A stretch of DNA of 64,000 nucleotides from Lepidodermella squamata (GCA_047495785.1 JBLDXI010000054.1:434001-498000), one strand, 5' to 3'; numbered from the stretch's first letter, positions 35,724 to 48,674 are shown. Translations and numbers: made by a program. The notes: generated by a model from the letters alone, not told the origin.

Positions 35724-36636
35724 TATATATTAGAGATTTTCTGCGATTGTCAATCGTCATTGATACCAGTAGGTTATTATCGATCGCAGGACACTTGTAA
35801 GAAAATACTTCCATCTTGTTATAGTTATGCATTGGGTAAACAAATAATTACGAGGACGAACCACTTACTGTTTGCTCAACACTGCGAAAAAATGAAGCAC
35901 TCATTTTTAATTTTTTAATTTTTGATGCGTACCGCTAGGCCAAAAAAGTCAACAACAAGCTGGAATCGACGCGCCGGTGTTTATTTATCATTTTCTAAGA
36001 TAAAAGGCAAGAGAAGACAACTGGAATATCTTGAAGTAATAAAACGGGAGCTGGTGCTCTATATTCAAAGCCACCCGAAGAAAGGGCACTGCCAATACCG
36101 AATGCCATTCGCCGTGTTCCCAAAGGGAAACTTAGTCGTATAAAGCTCAAGCTCGAGCCGTACCTGAAAATTGAAAATTACTCCTTTTCTGTAAGTAAAT
36201 TCATTCCTTATTTCTCAATCATCGACTAGCTGTGTTGCGCAGACAGCAAAGTAAGACCGGTGACCTGGAAAGCTAAGGAAAATCGACAAAAGGGCCCCCA
36301 TCCGGTCAACTGTGCAGAACGATTGAACTAGTAGGGATGATCCTCACAATCCCTAGCGGTACTTCGCTCTCTTAAAATTGTGAAGAAAATATTGGAAACG
36401 GAACACTGTCATAAAACGAGAAAAGTGTTGAGCCTAAAATTTATTGGTACTTAATTTGTAATTCGACAGATGGAAAAACCTACATCATCACATTAACCTC
36501 ACCCGATTGCTGTCTATCAACTAATGCTTACATCGTTAACGGTATTACAGCAAATCTCCTTGGTGTATTTAACAATCGTTGTTCCACAATCGTGAAATGT
36601 TCTCATTTCATCAAATCCCACATATTTCAGTCGAAA

Positions 36637-36948
36637 ATGGCAAATAGGCTTCTCCTCCTCGCTTTTGCTGCTGTGGCTGTTGCGTACGCCGATCCGCTGG
36701 ATCTCAACACCGCAAGCGACGCAGTTCGAGCCGAATACGCGAGGACTGCCGGCAGGTATTGCCCCGAGGGCAACTACTGCAACGCTGCGATGCCATCCGG
36801 ACCCTACAGCGACTGTGATTGCTATCCTCAGTACAAGAACAACATGACTTGGTGCCCTACCGATCGCTTTTGTGTTCACATTTACCATCTAAGTTTAGCC
36901 CAATGTAAATGCAACAACGACCCTCCAGGAACATATGGCCAGTGGTGA
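36637..36948 (+). CDS. Secreted cysteine-rich peptide precursor (103 aa), paralog of 34032
   Basis: Signal peptide MANRLLLLAFAAVAVAYA; YCPEGNYC...DCDC...WCP..R.C...QCKC conserved with the paralog. Confidence 0.8.
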   Translation: MANRLLLLAFAAVAVAYADPLDLNTASDAVRAEYARTAGRYCPEGNYCNAAMPSGPYSDCDCYPQYKNNMTWCPTDRFCVHIYHLSLAQCKCNNDPPGTYGQW

Positions 36949-37352
36949 CCTGCTTTCGATACAGAATTGTGAGGTTCATACAAAATGGGAAATATTCAAT
37001 TGATCGAAATCTGCATCTCGCAAGAAATCAAATAAATTTCTTTCTTTATGTTTAGTCGTATAGATTTGTGCTCCGTTCGTTGGCAAATTCAATTATTTAC
37101 ATGAGAAAAATTATAGACAAATGTTGATTTTTCTCTCAATAATCGCAATTCGCAATGTGGCCGTTCGCGTGCATTTATGTTCGCATCGCGCACAACAAAT
37201 CGCGCCATAGCAACCTGCTCACCGTCAATAGCCGGCTATTAACTCGCACGATCTGAATAGCCGCAGTCTTCTAGAAAGTTAGAAAGAACCCACACAGCTA
37301 ATAAAAGTCATTAAAGACCACAGATTTTCCCACAGCTCATCAATCTTCAAGA

Positions 37353-37723
37353 ATGCCGAGGAAGATTGATAATGAAGATCACTCTGTTAGACAGATGAAG
37401 GAGAACACCTTTGCTCGGAAGCAACGCCGGCATTACCCTGAAAAGGTAAGAAAGTACTTTTTGGTACTTCCTCCGACTCCTAATGAGTCATATTTCAAGG
37501 CCATGAGCGCTTCTTTTGATGTTATCCGAAACAACGTAGCTGAAGTTGGTGGACTACCCCCGAAACACCGCCCTTGCAAGATTCGGATTGGCCAGCCCCC
37601 AAACCAAAGGCGCCACTACCCAACAGTTCACAGTAAGTTCAACTTTAATTCAACTTGGAATTGAAGCCAACTTGTTTTTCCTCACTATCCTTAGATCGGT
37701 CTGTTGATGGAAATTATGGCTGA
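37353..37723 (+). CDS. Small basic 3-exon protein (~84 aa) of unknown function
   Basis: Exons 37353-37445, 37500-37632, 37695-37723 with strong GTAAG donors and a consistent frame. QRRHYP occurs twice. Confidence 0.45.
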
Positions 37724-37831
37724 TGAAATATTTTGAAAAAGCGATGAACAATATATTACATAATCTTGTCATTAATTCCTCGGTTTTATTGGTTAATCAG
37801 TAAAGAAATATATTATTCTCTGTTAACACAT

Positions 37832-39868
37832 TCACGTGGCTTTTTCAGTAAATTCAACATTTGGCTTTGCTTCACTAGCCTGTTTGAGAAATTCAACAAT
37901 TTCAGTATGACCATTCTTAGTTGCTCTTTCGATAGGCAGCATGCGTTCATCGTCTCGAATCTCCGCAGCTTTTGGGAACTGCTCATACAGGAATTTCACA
38001 ATTTCAAGGTGGCCATTGTGAGCAGCCCAGCAAAGAGGAGTCCGGCCGTAGCAATCGTCCTCAATTTCGATGGCGAGAGGAAATTTTTCGTACAAAAACT
38101 TGACGAAATCATAGCGACCGATTTCCGCAGCAATGCAAAGCGGCATCCGACCGATAATATCGTCGATCCTAACTGAGGTGTTACATTGCTCCCACAGGAA
38201 GTGAAGGACGGCGATATCGCAGTACTCGACCGATAGGCTAAGGGCAGTTTGTCCGAAAAATACGTCCCTAATTTTAACAGCTTCCGGGTATTTGCTGTAG
38301 AGAAATTTGATCATATCCAGCGGAGCGTTGTTAGCAACCGCCCATAGCAACGCCGTCTGGCCCAGCCGTTTGTCCGGCAATTTCACGGCATCAGGGAATT
38401 TGTAGTATAGGTACATAGCTAGATCGAAATTACCCGTTTTTATCGCCATCAGCAACGCAGTCCGGCCAGCCGGGTCTTGAAGTTGAACAGTATCGGGGTA
38501 CTTATCATAGATGACCCTCGCAAAGGTATCGCATCGCATTATTTTCTCCCAGAGAGCAGGTCTCTCCAAACTGACGACCCTTTGGATCACCGCCAGAAGA
38601 TAGGAATTAGGATCCAGCTTTTCAATATCGATTTTCAGAGGCATTGTCTCTAACTTGATAGCGAGGAGCAGGGCAGGTCCTGTGAGCGATTGATATTCCT
38701 CAGTTTCGAGTTTTTCAACAATCCGCTTATGCTCCATCGCCATGATAATTTGATGGCAGGTGGAGATGGTCACATACCGATTTGACCGCTCAAGGACCGC
38801 GATTGGTTCGATTTTTCGTATCAGAGCGAGATTCTCAAGTTCCACGCAAATTTTTTCAGCCTCTTCCGGGGTTTCAAAGGACCAAAGTATCGACAGATCA
38901 ACCAAAGAAACTGGCTCTTCAGGTGAGAAGAACATGAAAATAAGAAAGTAGTCCAGTAAGCGATCGCTGATTCGCTCGAGGATGAGGTTGATTAGCAATT
39001 TTAAGCAGATCCTTTCCTCATTATCTCGGTAGATTTCACGAAGCTCGAAGTGGTTCTCTTTAGGTTCGAGTTGGAAAGTTGCAGCCATTAGAGCGCCATT
39101 CAAAGAGTTGCCCCTACAGGTTCTTACCAGTTCTTTCAGCTTTTCCTCTGGGCAATCGCCTTCTTCCTTTATTTTTGCGAAAAATTCCCAAGCGATCTGC
39201 TCGTTTCGCAATGGGCTGACGATCAACGGCTCAGGGCGGAATAACCGGCGTCTGAAATTGGGGTTTTCGGTGATTACGCAACACGTGATTTGTTGCTTGA
39301 TTTCCTCGCAGCTTTCCAGCATGTACTCCAAAGGTCCGATGTTGAAGAATCCGTCGAGGATGAACAGAATCCTTGCCCTTTTCTGCTGTTGAAAATGGTT
39401 GACAATGTTCGCAAAACTGTGAAATGGCGCCGATTGGTCGTAAGCAGCCTTCCGAGCTAGGTCGATCATTTTAGCCGTGAAATAGTGCTGAGCTTCAGCA
39501 TCAAACTCAGCATGGGCTGGCCATTCGCTACAGTTAAGCCACATGGCGACTTTAAGCTGACATGTTTTGACGAAAAAGTCGTTGTTCGCTGCATCGGTGA
39601 GGACGTGGGCAAAGAGGGAAGTTTTCCCAACTCCATCAGGGCCATTTATTAACAGAACACCTAAAACTATGTATGAAAGCTGATTTTACAGAAATTTCTA
39701 AGAATTACCTTTCTCAGGGGTCTCAGCCAGCTCCTTCAGTCCATTCTTAAAATTGTCGATGTCCACTGATAAGCGAGTGATTTTTGAGGCGAATTTCGGC
39801 ACCCCGACAGCGATGAAATTTCTTGGCTTCTCGGGTTGTTTCTGAGATAACGACGGGCCCTCGGCCAT
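37832..39868 (-). CDS. STAND-type P-loop NTPase (NB-ARC-like) + ankyrin repeat protein, ~662 aa
   Basis: A 48-bp intron (39661-39708) joins exon 1 to Walker A GPDGVGKT. Walker B ILFILDG, winged-helix-like LSILW...LENLALI, and ~6 ankyrin repeats (GRTALL.A, GRTPLCWAAHNGHLEIVKFL). Confidence 0.8.
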
Positions 39869-40529
39869 GGCAAACAGTCCAAGGGCAGTAGTATCGATTA
39901 AAACCTAGTTTTGTGAGTTAATTCGGAAAATATTCGTGTTAAATATAAGTATTCAGTCGTCTGCGCTTTACGCTACGAAAATCTAATTTGTTAACAGCTC
40001 GCTCTTGATTTGCATTTGTATGCAGCAGTGTATTACGCGATATAAAAAGCAATCTCCGGCCGCGCAACGCATAATATTCAGAACAAAAGTGATCAAACGA
40101 GCTATTGTGAGCGGAACAAAATTTATTGGCTTTAATTTCCGAGACATTCTCTATAAGAATTAGGGCAGAACGAGTACTTGCGTAAGAATTGGACTCGTAT
40201 CTATTAAAATGAATCTCGATAAAAATTCAAATTTATCACAGAAAAGGGAGAGATTACTGAAATTTTGCCTTGATTTGCGTGGTAGGGAATCGATAAATAT
40301 CGTCAAGAGGAAAATCGATAACTCTTAGTTTCAAAGCATTCTCACTCATGAATCCTGCATCAAAATCTCGAATTAGCAACACTTTGCAACTCGAAATACG
40401 AAATAATACGCTTTATTTACTATATCGATGAAAATTAAGAAGAAATCAATGAGAAGATACATTTTTCACAATGCTGAGAGCTTATTCAAGATTTTTCTGT
40501 CGTCTGCATTCTCGAGTTTTCAGGTTCGT

Positions 40530-41651
40530 TCAGTCGTAATTGATGAGAGTAATTAGCGTTATCGTGAACAGTATTACAATGAATCCAAGAGTTCCGAAAA
40601 AAGCGGCATCCAACAAGCGGCATTTACGAATTTTCAGCCTACCAACCCTGATACACTTGCCTTTAAAACTTTCACGGGAGTCGCACATGCAGCAAGTTAC
40701 GGCGGAGTATAAAGTTATAAGCATCGATGACAAAATCTGCCCGACAATAAGATCAGACAACAAAATATTTGAAGGCGTTTTCGGTACATTTTGCAATACT
40801 TGACTTTGCGAGACGGTAAAGGCCAGCAGAACAGTAACCCCAAAACTAGCACGATCGGGTGAATCAGGCGGTAGAAATGCCCCAGCGAATTGCACAAAGG
40901 TCAGAACAAAACAGGGGGCTACGACATTCAGGATGTAGTAATCTGGCTCTCGAATCAACTCGAAGTGGAACCGAAATTCGTGGAAATTCGCCTTTCCGAA
41001 AGGAACTACCTGGAACGTCTCCCATCTCCGGCCAAGCGTCCATCCAACGTTCTTTGAAGTAAACAGGCCGTTTGCAGATCCAATTACACTGTACATGCTT
41101 CGAATAGAAATCGTGGCATTCGACAACAGCATCTGGAACTGGATACTACAATTTTGCTTATCGACCGGGAATTTTTCGAAATTCATGTCGCAGTAGATGT
41201 TGAATATGCCAGCGAGATTTATGCTGTAGGAACCATCGAATGGGAATGCAGTAATCGCGCTAGTTATGCCTTGACTCATGCCGTAGTCATTACAGCTGTT
41301 AGAATTGACGATGGCCGGCTTCCAGTAATTGCCCGCATTATTCATTGCCCAGTAAGGTGGGATACCTCTTGTTGCGTTGTACTTCAATGCGGCGGTTTTG
41401 ATACAATCAAGCTCAGCAGTTACCACGAGATTGCCGCTAAGAGAAATTGTCTCATCAAGATCGTTCACCTGAGCGAGTCTGAAGAACATAAAACCGATGT
41501 CTATAGGGTCCAGTGTGGCCTTTTGCAAGAACTCGTTGGGATGAATTGCTCCTGGTAAAACGTTGCATTCCGTGAGGATGATATTTTTGATGTCGCCATC
41601 TTGGGCGAAGGCTGGACAGATCGCTAGGAGCGCGAGATGGATTGAAATCAT
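40530..41651 (-). CDS. Cys-loop ligand-gated ion channel subunit, subfamily A2
   Basis: Close paralog of 34602..35723; intact 373-aa ORF. Confidence 0.92.
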   Translation of the reverse strand: MISIHLALLAICPAFAQDGDIKNIILTECNVLPGAIHPNEFLQKATLDPIDIGFMFFRLAQVNDLDETISLSGNLVVTAELDCIKTAALKYNATRGIPPYWAMNNAGNYWKPAIVNSNSCNDYGMSQGITSAITAFPFDGSYSINLAGIFNIYCDMNFEKFPVDKQNCSIQFQMLLSNATISIRSMYSVIGSANGLFTSKNVGWTLGRRWETFQVVPFGKANFHEFRFHFELIREPDYYILNVVAPCFVLTFVQFAGAFLPPDSPDRASFGVTVLLAFTVSQSQVLQNVPKTPSNILLSDLIVGQILSSMLITLYSAVTCCMCDSRESFKGKCIRVGRLKIRKCRLLDAAFFGTLGFIVILFTITLITLINYD

Positions 41652-42289
41652 TTTTGCCAGTGATTTGATACGACTGATTCAAGACAATTCAAAACAATTG
41701 TCAGTGATAGCAGTAGGTTATTATCGATCACAGGACACTTGTAAGAAAATACTTTCATCTATTAATGAATTTGCGTCAGGTAAACAAATAATTACAAGGA
41801 CCCGAGACTTTCTGTTTACTCTCCAAACGATGTAGCGGATTTTCGAATTTTCGCTGCGCAGCGGCAGTTGAAAAACTTCCGTCAGTGTCGCAGATCTCGA
41901 GCGGAGCTGTCGCCTGCCTAGGCTTTCAGAGTTTTTCTCCCAATTTCAAGTCCGGTACGTTGGGAATGGCTGCCGCCATGTCCTACCACTTCGCGAGCAA
42001 ATCGAAGGCGTCTGCTTACGTCCGCCAACGACGATGAAATCGCCAGTGGTCGTCCTCCATGATCGCCGGTCGTCGGACCCGTTTCCTGTCTTCGTCACCT
42101 AGTTCACCCTTCATTCCTTGTCTTCGCCATCCTTCAGTTATTCTCTGTTCTGTTTCTGTCTAAAATGTTGTTGGTTTTTGTTTTTCCTAGCTACGTCTCT
42201 CTTACGACGACTCAATTATAGCGGATACTTTTCAAGTTGACATTTTGACTTTTTCTTACACTTTGGATCATTTTAAAATACTGATTCTG

Positions 42290-45200
42290 CTAACTAGTCG
42301 GTTCCTCGAAGTGTCTGCTTTTAGAATCAATTACAGCTGTGGATCGATTCGAACGAGCTGAATTTGCAGTTCCCGGGGCTTGAGAAGATAGCTTATACAA
42401 TTTCCCCCATAACAATCCAGCAGCGAATGCAGTAGTGCTGATAGAGGCCAGGCATAGCAAAACTATGGTCACTGTTAACATGAGACTTCGCCCGTCAGCA
42501 GCCTGGGTTATGCCGACCAAAATCCCGCCGACAACCACGCTCGCAGAAGAAATTATACTGACTGCCAGCGGCTTGTTGCCATAGCAGCCTTTCTGTTTTG
42601 TTAGCAACAGCGATCTTATCACAATCAACAGAACTGTGATAGAGATAATGGCTAGCAAAACCTTCCCGCTAATTGAAGTTGTGAGAGAATCGAGAACTGA
42701 GGCTTCGTTGCGAATGATTCGTTTGAAAACATCATCATCCGATATGTAGTCGACGTGCGCTAAAACGTCTAGTTTCGATATAGGATTCAAAATTAAAAAT
42801 CGCCTCAACTGATGCGAAAACCAGAGCCTCCATGATATGCATCGAGGTCACCTTTTGAACAAATGAGCAATCAACCTTCATCGGTCGGGGTTAGGAAACT
42901 GAACAATTGACGTCGCCACGCTATGTGCCTGAGTTACAAGTTCAAGAGTTTCAAGGTCAAACATGTTTGCTATCCAAATCGTTGAAAATCCTGAAATTGC
43001 GAAAAAAATTATTGCTGAGAAGTATTTCCCATTATCCTCCGACCAGCTGGAAGGTATTAGGAAAATGTGACTGACCATGAGAATATTCCCGCAAATACCC
43101 ATTTTTCTGATTGCATGCGGTTGATTCACAGCCATAATAACTAAATTAACCGAAATAAGAAAGCCGGCGGTTGTTTTTAAAGCTATATTAGCCTCTCTAT
43201 TCAACAGGGACTCCTTAACTTCAATCACCAATATTTCACCCCTCGGTGGCAATTTTGACTTGGTCAGCCATACGAAGGGACAATCAATCTTCAGTAAAAT
43301 AGAACCATTCAACCAGGATAGATAGTTCGCCCCGACGCATTGAATGGATTGGTTATTCTCGAACCGAATCTGAGAAAACGCAATTGGCTGCCCACCGGTT
43401 GACAACATAGTGTCAGAGTCGAATCTGTAGATTCCTTTCAAGCCCGTGAATTCAGTTTGCAGAATAGCCTGTTTCATAACAGAAACGATTTCCGAACCAT
43501 TCTGCTGAAACAAAGCTTGGTTTGTTGTCCAATCCGATAGAGTTTGACCTTTCTTAGCAAGAATAGCCTCTGTATGGTTGAGAATTAGTCCAATGAACAT
43601 TATTCGGTCATAAAAAGGATACGGCAGGGTAGAACGCTGATAATCTTCGATTCGAGACATCAGATCTATCTCATAGTCTGATGCAGTGTAGCCTGTGAGG
43701 TCATGGGTCGAATTCGCCCCGTATACGTCTTCCAGAGTTAAATCAGCATAAACCAAACAACACTACAATATTTCAATCAGCGACTCTCTGTCACACCAAC
43801 GCAGGGCTTCTGGTATTGAGGAGTTTTCATCAAATTTGGTCCAGCTTCCAAAGATGATTACAAAATTGGGACCATACAAGCCGAATCGGTGAAGCCAGCA
43901 GCTGACAAAAACGTTGTCCCAAACCGCTGTTAGGATAACCCGATCATGGCTTGCTTTCAACTCGGCGAAAGCCTCCTCTGTATTCTGTAAATCCTCTGGC
44001 CAAAATTTTGGCTCAATTCCGGGCCCATATTAGTTCCGTCCGGCCCCCAAGCGTTGGTTGCGCAATTGGAGGGTAAAAGTGGACTTAGCGCAAAACGCCA
44101 AGTCGAAATTTTAAACAACATGTTGGGGGCGCGCGCTGATGTCAAAGGGCTATTTTCGAATATCCTAGCGGTTTTTATTCCAAAATGAAGCTTAACTAAT
44201 TATCTATCAAATGAATATGGGTTTCTGGCGAGAGACATTTGAATTAACAGGTTTTACGAGCACTCCAACTTTTCATTTACGCGTGTGCACGTTCCTGGTC
44301 AACGCGCGGAATTTAGAGTGCAAGTGCAAAACTTTTTTATTTTAATTTTTTCGAGCGAGAACCCCATATTCAATCGATAGAGAATTGTCTGAAATATTTT
44401 TGTTAAAAATCAGGACTTGGCTTTTGCGAATATGTTGAATTATTTTTAACAAATTTAAAACCGCGCGCAAAGATGCTAAAGGGTTACTTTGAAATATCGC
44501 GTCGGTTTTTATACCAAAACATATTTCAGACAATTCTCTATCGATTGAATATGGGGTTCTCGCTCGAAAAAAATTAAAATAAAAAAGTTTTACTTGCACC
44601 TAAAATTTTGCGCGCGAGTTGAGAGCGCGCGCACTCGCGTCTCAAAAGTTAGGATGTGCGGTAACCGTTTTTTCGTTCATTTTTCACGCTAGGAATCCAT
44701 ATCTATTCTATAGAGAATTTTCTGAACTTTCTTTTAGTATAAAAACCGCCTAAATAATCAAAACTTGCCCTTTGACTTTACCGCACGCGGCCTTGAAATT
44801 TCTAAAAATTTCGACTTTTGCGCGTTTTGCGCTAAGTCCACTTTTACCCTCCAATTGCGCAACCAACCCTCCGACTGGACGGAACTAATATGGGCCCGGA
44901 ATTGAGCAAAATTTTGATATCGGCGAGACCTTAGCGTTGTCGGCCTCGAAGTACTGAACAAACCATCGGTCGAACAAGTTCCAGGTCGGGTCGATTTCAG
45001 AGATAAGCCCAACGGAGTTCCAGTTCATTTTTCGAGCGAAACTCGCCACCCCGGCGCAGAAATAATCAGCCTTCTCGCCGAGCCCGAAGAAATTTCTGAA
45101 TTTTGATCGTTCTGTTGTCAGCTTAAGAGAACTTAGATAGTTCGACACCTTAAATTATTGAAATGCATGTTCGCCTCTCAGAAATAAGTTAGCAACTTAC

Positions 45201-45629
45201 GCCGACAAAATTGAGAGGCAATACCATCAATGCTTGCAATTCTTGTACTTGACCCACCATATCTTGTATTGCCATTAAAGGGAAAGTTTCTTCCGTTTCA
45301 GAATCGAAATACAGCCGCTGCGTGAACTGTGAAATAGCAATAGAGTCGTTGCCTTGATCGTCCAAAAGTTCGATCTCTATGTCGTAGATCGGCAGCCAGT
45401 TAGGCATCAAGCGCAACCGATCGAGGGCTATTTGAATCGATTCGTCAGCCCAAATTCCGCTGCCTAATGGTCCGGAATTGGTATCCTGGAAAAGTAGCCG
45501 TATTTTATTGGGCCTATCTGCATCAGCTGAGTATATGCTACTCGATTTGATCACGTGTTTCACAGGAGCATGGATAGGTTCACTCGCGAGGAATTTCAGA
45601 AGGCTCAACATCAATATTACTGCTATCAT
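42290..45629 (-). pseudogene. Class C GPCR (GABA-B-like) pseudogene
   Basis: Signal peptide and VFT motifs (WLPIYDIEIELLDDQG, MNWNSVGLIS, CWLHRFGLYGPNFV, FTGLKG). Short intron near 45150-45197, MITE insertion, stops at 43763 and ~42880. Confidence 0.8.
44011..44907. mobile_element. Palindromic Mutator-like MITE/foldback element (9-bp TSD AAAATTTTG)
   Basis: TIR GCTCAATTCCGGGCCCATATTAGTTCCGTCC; the mirror symmetry extends to the centre. Excision restores SPISKFWPEDLQNTEEAFAELKAS. Confidence 0.9.
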
Positions 45630-46403
45630 TTCAGAGAGAATTGTTCTAATGAGCTAGAGCGGCCGCATAGCAAAGAGGATGGCAAATTTCCGTTATTAGC
45701 CTTGTCATATGTTCTAATGAGTGCGGTACAGAGACATGGGCGGCGTTTCGTTCATTAGCAATATCACAACTCTTTTCGCGAAACTGGTGAACTTCAATGA
45801 ACATTTCAATCAAATATTTTGCAGTGAAATGAGAAGACCGAACTGCCGGAGCTAGTTTTTTCTTTATATTACAAAGTCGATTTTGAAATATGAGACAAGG
45901 TTCATACCGATTCTCCCGCCACTATAAGACATCTTCCTAATATCATTTCAGCAAATTGAAACTTATATTTAGATTCAAGTTTTACACACAGCTCCAGATA
46001 TTCAAAGTCGGCTTATCATCAGCGATAGGGGTTCGGTTTGATCTGGTTTGTCAGCGGAAGGCTGTGCTTTGGCATTATTTATTTGTTTGATATTCATCCT
46101 AGTTGACTTGCATTCGTTTAACATTTTTACCGATTAGGTCGGCCCCTTTACTGTTGACACTGTAGAAAGCAAATGCATTTTGAATCAATTTGTAAAAAAG
46201 ATGAAAACGATGGTTTATGCCAAATTGCCGTGGTCGAAAGAGCATTATCAACTTCAACTTGGAAATGGCGATTAGATAGACACCTAAGCCTAAAACTAAT
46301 GAGGAGACGCAAAATACAATTTACTGATATTATCATTCAGAGATTTTAATGGGATGTCTGCAGATATTTTATACCCCTTGCCTTAATGACTCTTCAGCTT
46401 CAT

Positions 46404-47528
46404 TCAGTTGTAATTGATGAGGACTATGAGTGTTATCGTGAACAATATTACAATGAATCCAAGAGTTCCGAAAAAAGATACATCCAACAAGCGGCATTTT
46501 CGAATTTTCAGCCTACCAAATCTAACAGACTTGACTTTGAAAGTATCACAAGAATCGCACATCGCGCAAGTTACAGCAGAGTAGAAGGTTATGAGCATCG
46601 ATGACAAAATCTGCCCGAAAATAAGATCAGACAACAAAATATTTGAAGGCGTTTTCGGTACATTAGCTAAGACTTGGCTCTGCGCAACTGTGAAGGCCAA
46701 AAGGACTGTAACACTAAAACTGGCTCGATCCGGTGAGTCAGGCGGTAGAAATGCCCCAGCGAATTGCACGAAGGTCAGAACAAAACACGGCGCTACAACA
46801 TTGAGGACGAAGTAATCCGGTTCTCGAATCAACTCGAAGTAGAACCGAATTTCGTAGAAATTCGCCTTTCCGAATGGTACCACTTGAAACGTCTCCCATC
46901 TCCGGCCAAGCGTCCATCCAACGTTTTTCGAAGTGAACAGGCCGTTAGCAGATCCAATGAGGCTATACAAATTTCGAATTGAAACGGTAGTATTAGATAA
47001 CAGAGTTTGAAACTCGATGCTGCAGGTTTGCTTGTCGACTGGGAATTTTTCGAAATTCATGTCGCAGTAGATGTTGAAAATGCCGGCGAAATTTATGTTG
47101 TATAAGCCATCGAATGGGAAGGCGGTGATCGCGCTGGTGATGGTTTGGCTCATACCGTAGTCATTACAGCTGTTAGAATTGACGATGCCCGGTTTCCAGT
47201 AGTTTCCCGTGGTAGTCATTGCCCAATAAGGCGGAATAAATTGGGTTGCGTTGTACTTCAATGCGGCGTTTTTGATGCAATCCACCTCAGCAGTGAATGC
47301 GAGAGTGCCGCTTAATGAAATCGTTTCTTCCAGATCGTTCACCTGTGCTAGTCTGAAGAATATAAAACCGAGGTCGATAGGGTCCAGTGCGGCTTTTTTC
47401 AAAAATTCGTTGGGGTGAGTAGCTCCTGGAAGAACGTTGCATTCTGTGAGGATGATATTCTTGATGTCGCCATCTTGCGCAAAGCCCGAGATTGATAGAG
47501 CTAAGAGCGCGAGATGGATGGAAATCAT
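46404..47528 (-). CDS. Cys-loop ligand-gated ion channel subunit, subfamily A3
   Basis: Intact paralog; ATG at 47528. Confidence 0.92.
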   Translation of the reverse strand: MISIHLALLALSISGFAQDGDIKNIILTECNVLPGATHPNEFLKKAALDPIDLGFIFFRLAQVNDLEETISLSGTLAFTAEVDCIKNAALKYNATQFIPPYWAMTTTGNYWKPGIVNSNSCNDYGMSQTITSAITAFPFDGLYNINFAGIFNIYCDMNFEKFPVDKQTCSIEFQTLLSNTTVSIRNLYSLIGSANGLFTSKNVGWTLGRRWETFQVVPFGKANFYEIRFYFELIREPDYFVLNVVAPCFVLTFVQFAGAFLPPDSPDRASFSVTVLLAFTVAQSQVLANVPKTPSNILLSDLIFGQILSSMLITFYSAVTCAMCDSCDTFKVKSVRFGRLKIRKCRLLDVSFFGTLGFIVILFTITLIVLINYN

Positions 47529-47589
47529 TTTCACCTAGGATTTGATAAGACTGATTCAAGTCAATTCATGATAATTGCCAATGATGTCA

Positions 47590-47700
47590 GTAGGTCATTT
47601 TCCATCGACGGACAACTGTAAGAAAATGCTTACATCTATTAATAAATATGCGTCGAGTAAACAAATAATTACGAGAACTCGCGACTTACTGTTTACTTAA
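47590..47700. promoter_or_regulatory. Conserved upstream block of subfamily-A channel genes, with forkhead-like GTAAACAAAT / TGTTTAC sites
   Basis: The same block lies at 35770-35875, 41712-41820 and 55337-55820 (split by MITEs). Confidence 0.5.
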
Positions 47701-48674
47701 CGCTTTTAAAAATGAAGCAACGCATTTTTTGCATTTTCGATGCGCAGCTGGAGTCAACATCGACACGCCGGATTGTCACTCCGGTATTTATTTTTTATTT
47801 CTGCGCAAAAAAACAGCCGATGACAACAAGAATATCTTGAAGTAACAAAACCGGAGCAATGCCATCGGAGCAATGAATGCCGATTTACAAAAGGTGAAGT
47901 CGAAGGCGCTGTGCAACCTTGGTACTGAATCGTGAGCTTATTATGTTAAACCTTAGATATTTCCGCCAAGTTTGGCCGAAAGACTATTAGATAATCCGAC
48001 ATTTTTATTTCAATATTTAGTTGAAGTTTTTTTTATTTTACTTGGCACTCGGTACTTTCGGCAACATTTGCGCTATCAGTGACACTCCAGTATCAGGAAA
48101 CGTTTCCATTTCGGCTGGAAGCTGATGATAAAAAAACCACGAGAATTTCAACGTTCAAACCATAGCTAGTCACAGAAAGAAAGGTGCCAGTTAGAATACA
48201 CGATCCAATTAAACAAATATTCGATGCTTTATTGTTTATTTTTGTTCGATTCTGATAGCAATTATCGCGCTGAGGCAAAAACACAGCAAACTAAACACAG
48301 CAGGGGAAATATTGAAATAGGTTAAAGATAAATATTAGAACGTCCCCACGCCAACGACGTTGCATCACTTCATAAGGTTTTTGAAATATTTTTAGCAAGG
48401 CGAGATATTTTTATCTTTCCTACATTATCTCTTGCATGTCTTCAGCATTAATTTTCACGATTCAAGGGTTAATTGATAGAAAAGTATTTTAGGGAACGAA
48501 AAAGAACAATTAATTACTCATGTTACAGCTGGGTATAGCTGGTTGAGGATACACAGACTAAATGGGCCTATTGCCTATTTCATGGTTAAATTTAGCCGTT
48601 CACACGTATTCATAGCTTATATGTGATACTTTCCGCCAATCGGGAAACGCCATGCTTCATTTTTTTCAAATGAA

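Noticed and set aside
41880-42160. GC-rich island, possibly a retroelement 5' region
   Set aside because: No motif or second copy in the window to support a call.
43763-43765. Stop-codon readthrough or alternative genetic code in the second GPCR
   Set aside because: The gene also has a TE insertion and other lesions, and neighbouring intact genes use standard stops. Pseudogenisation is the simpler explanation.
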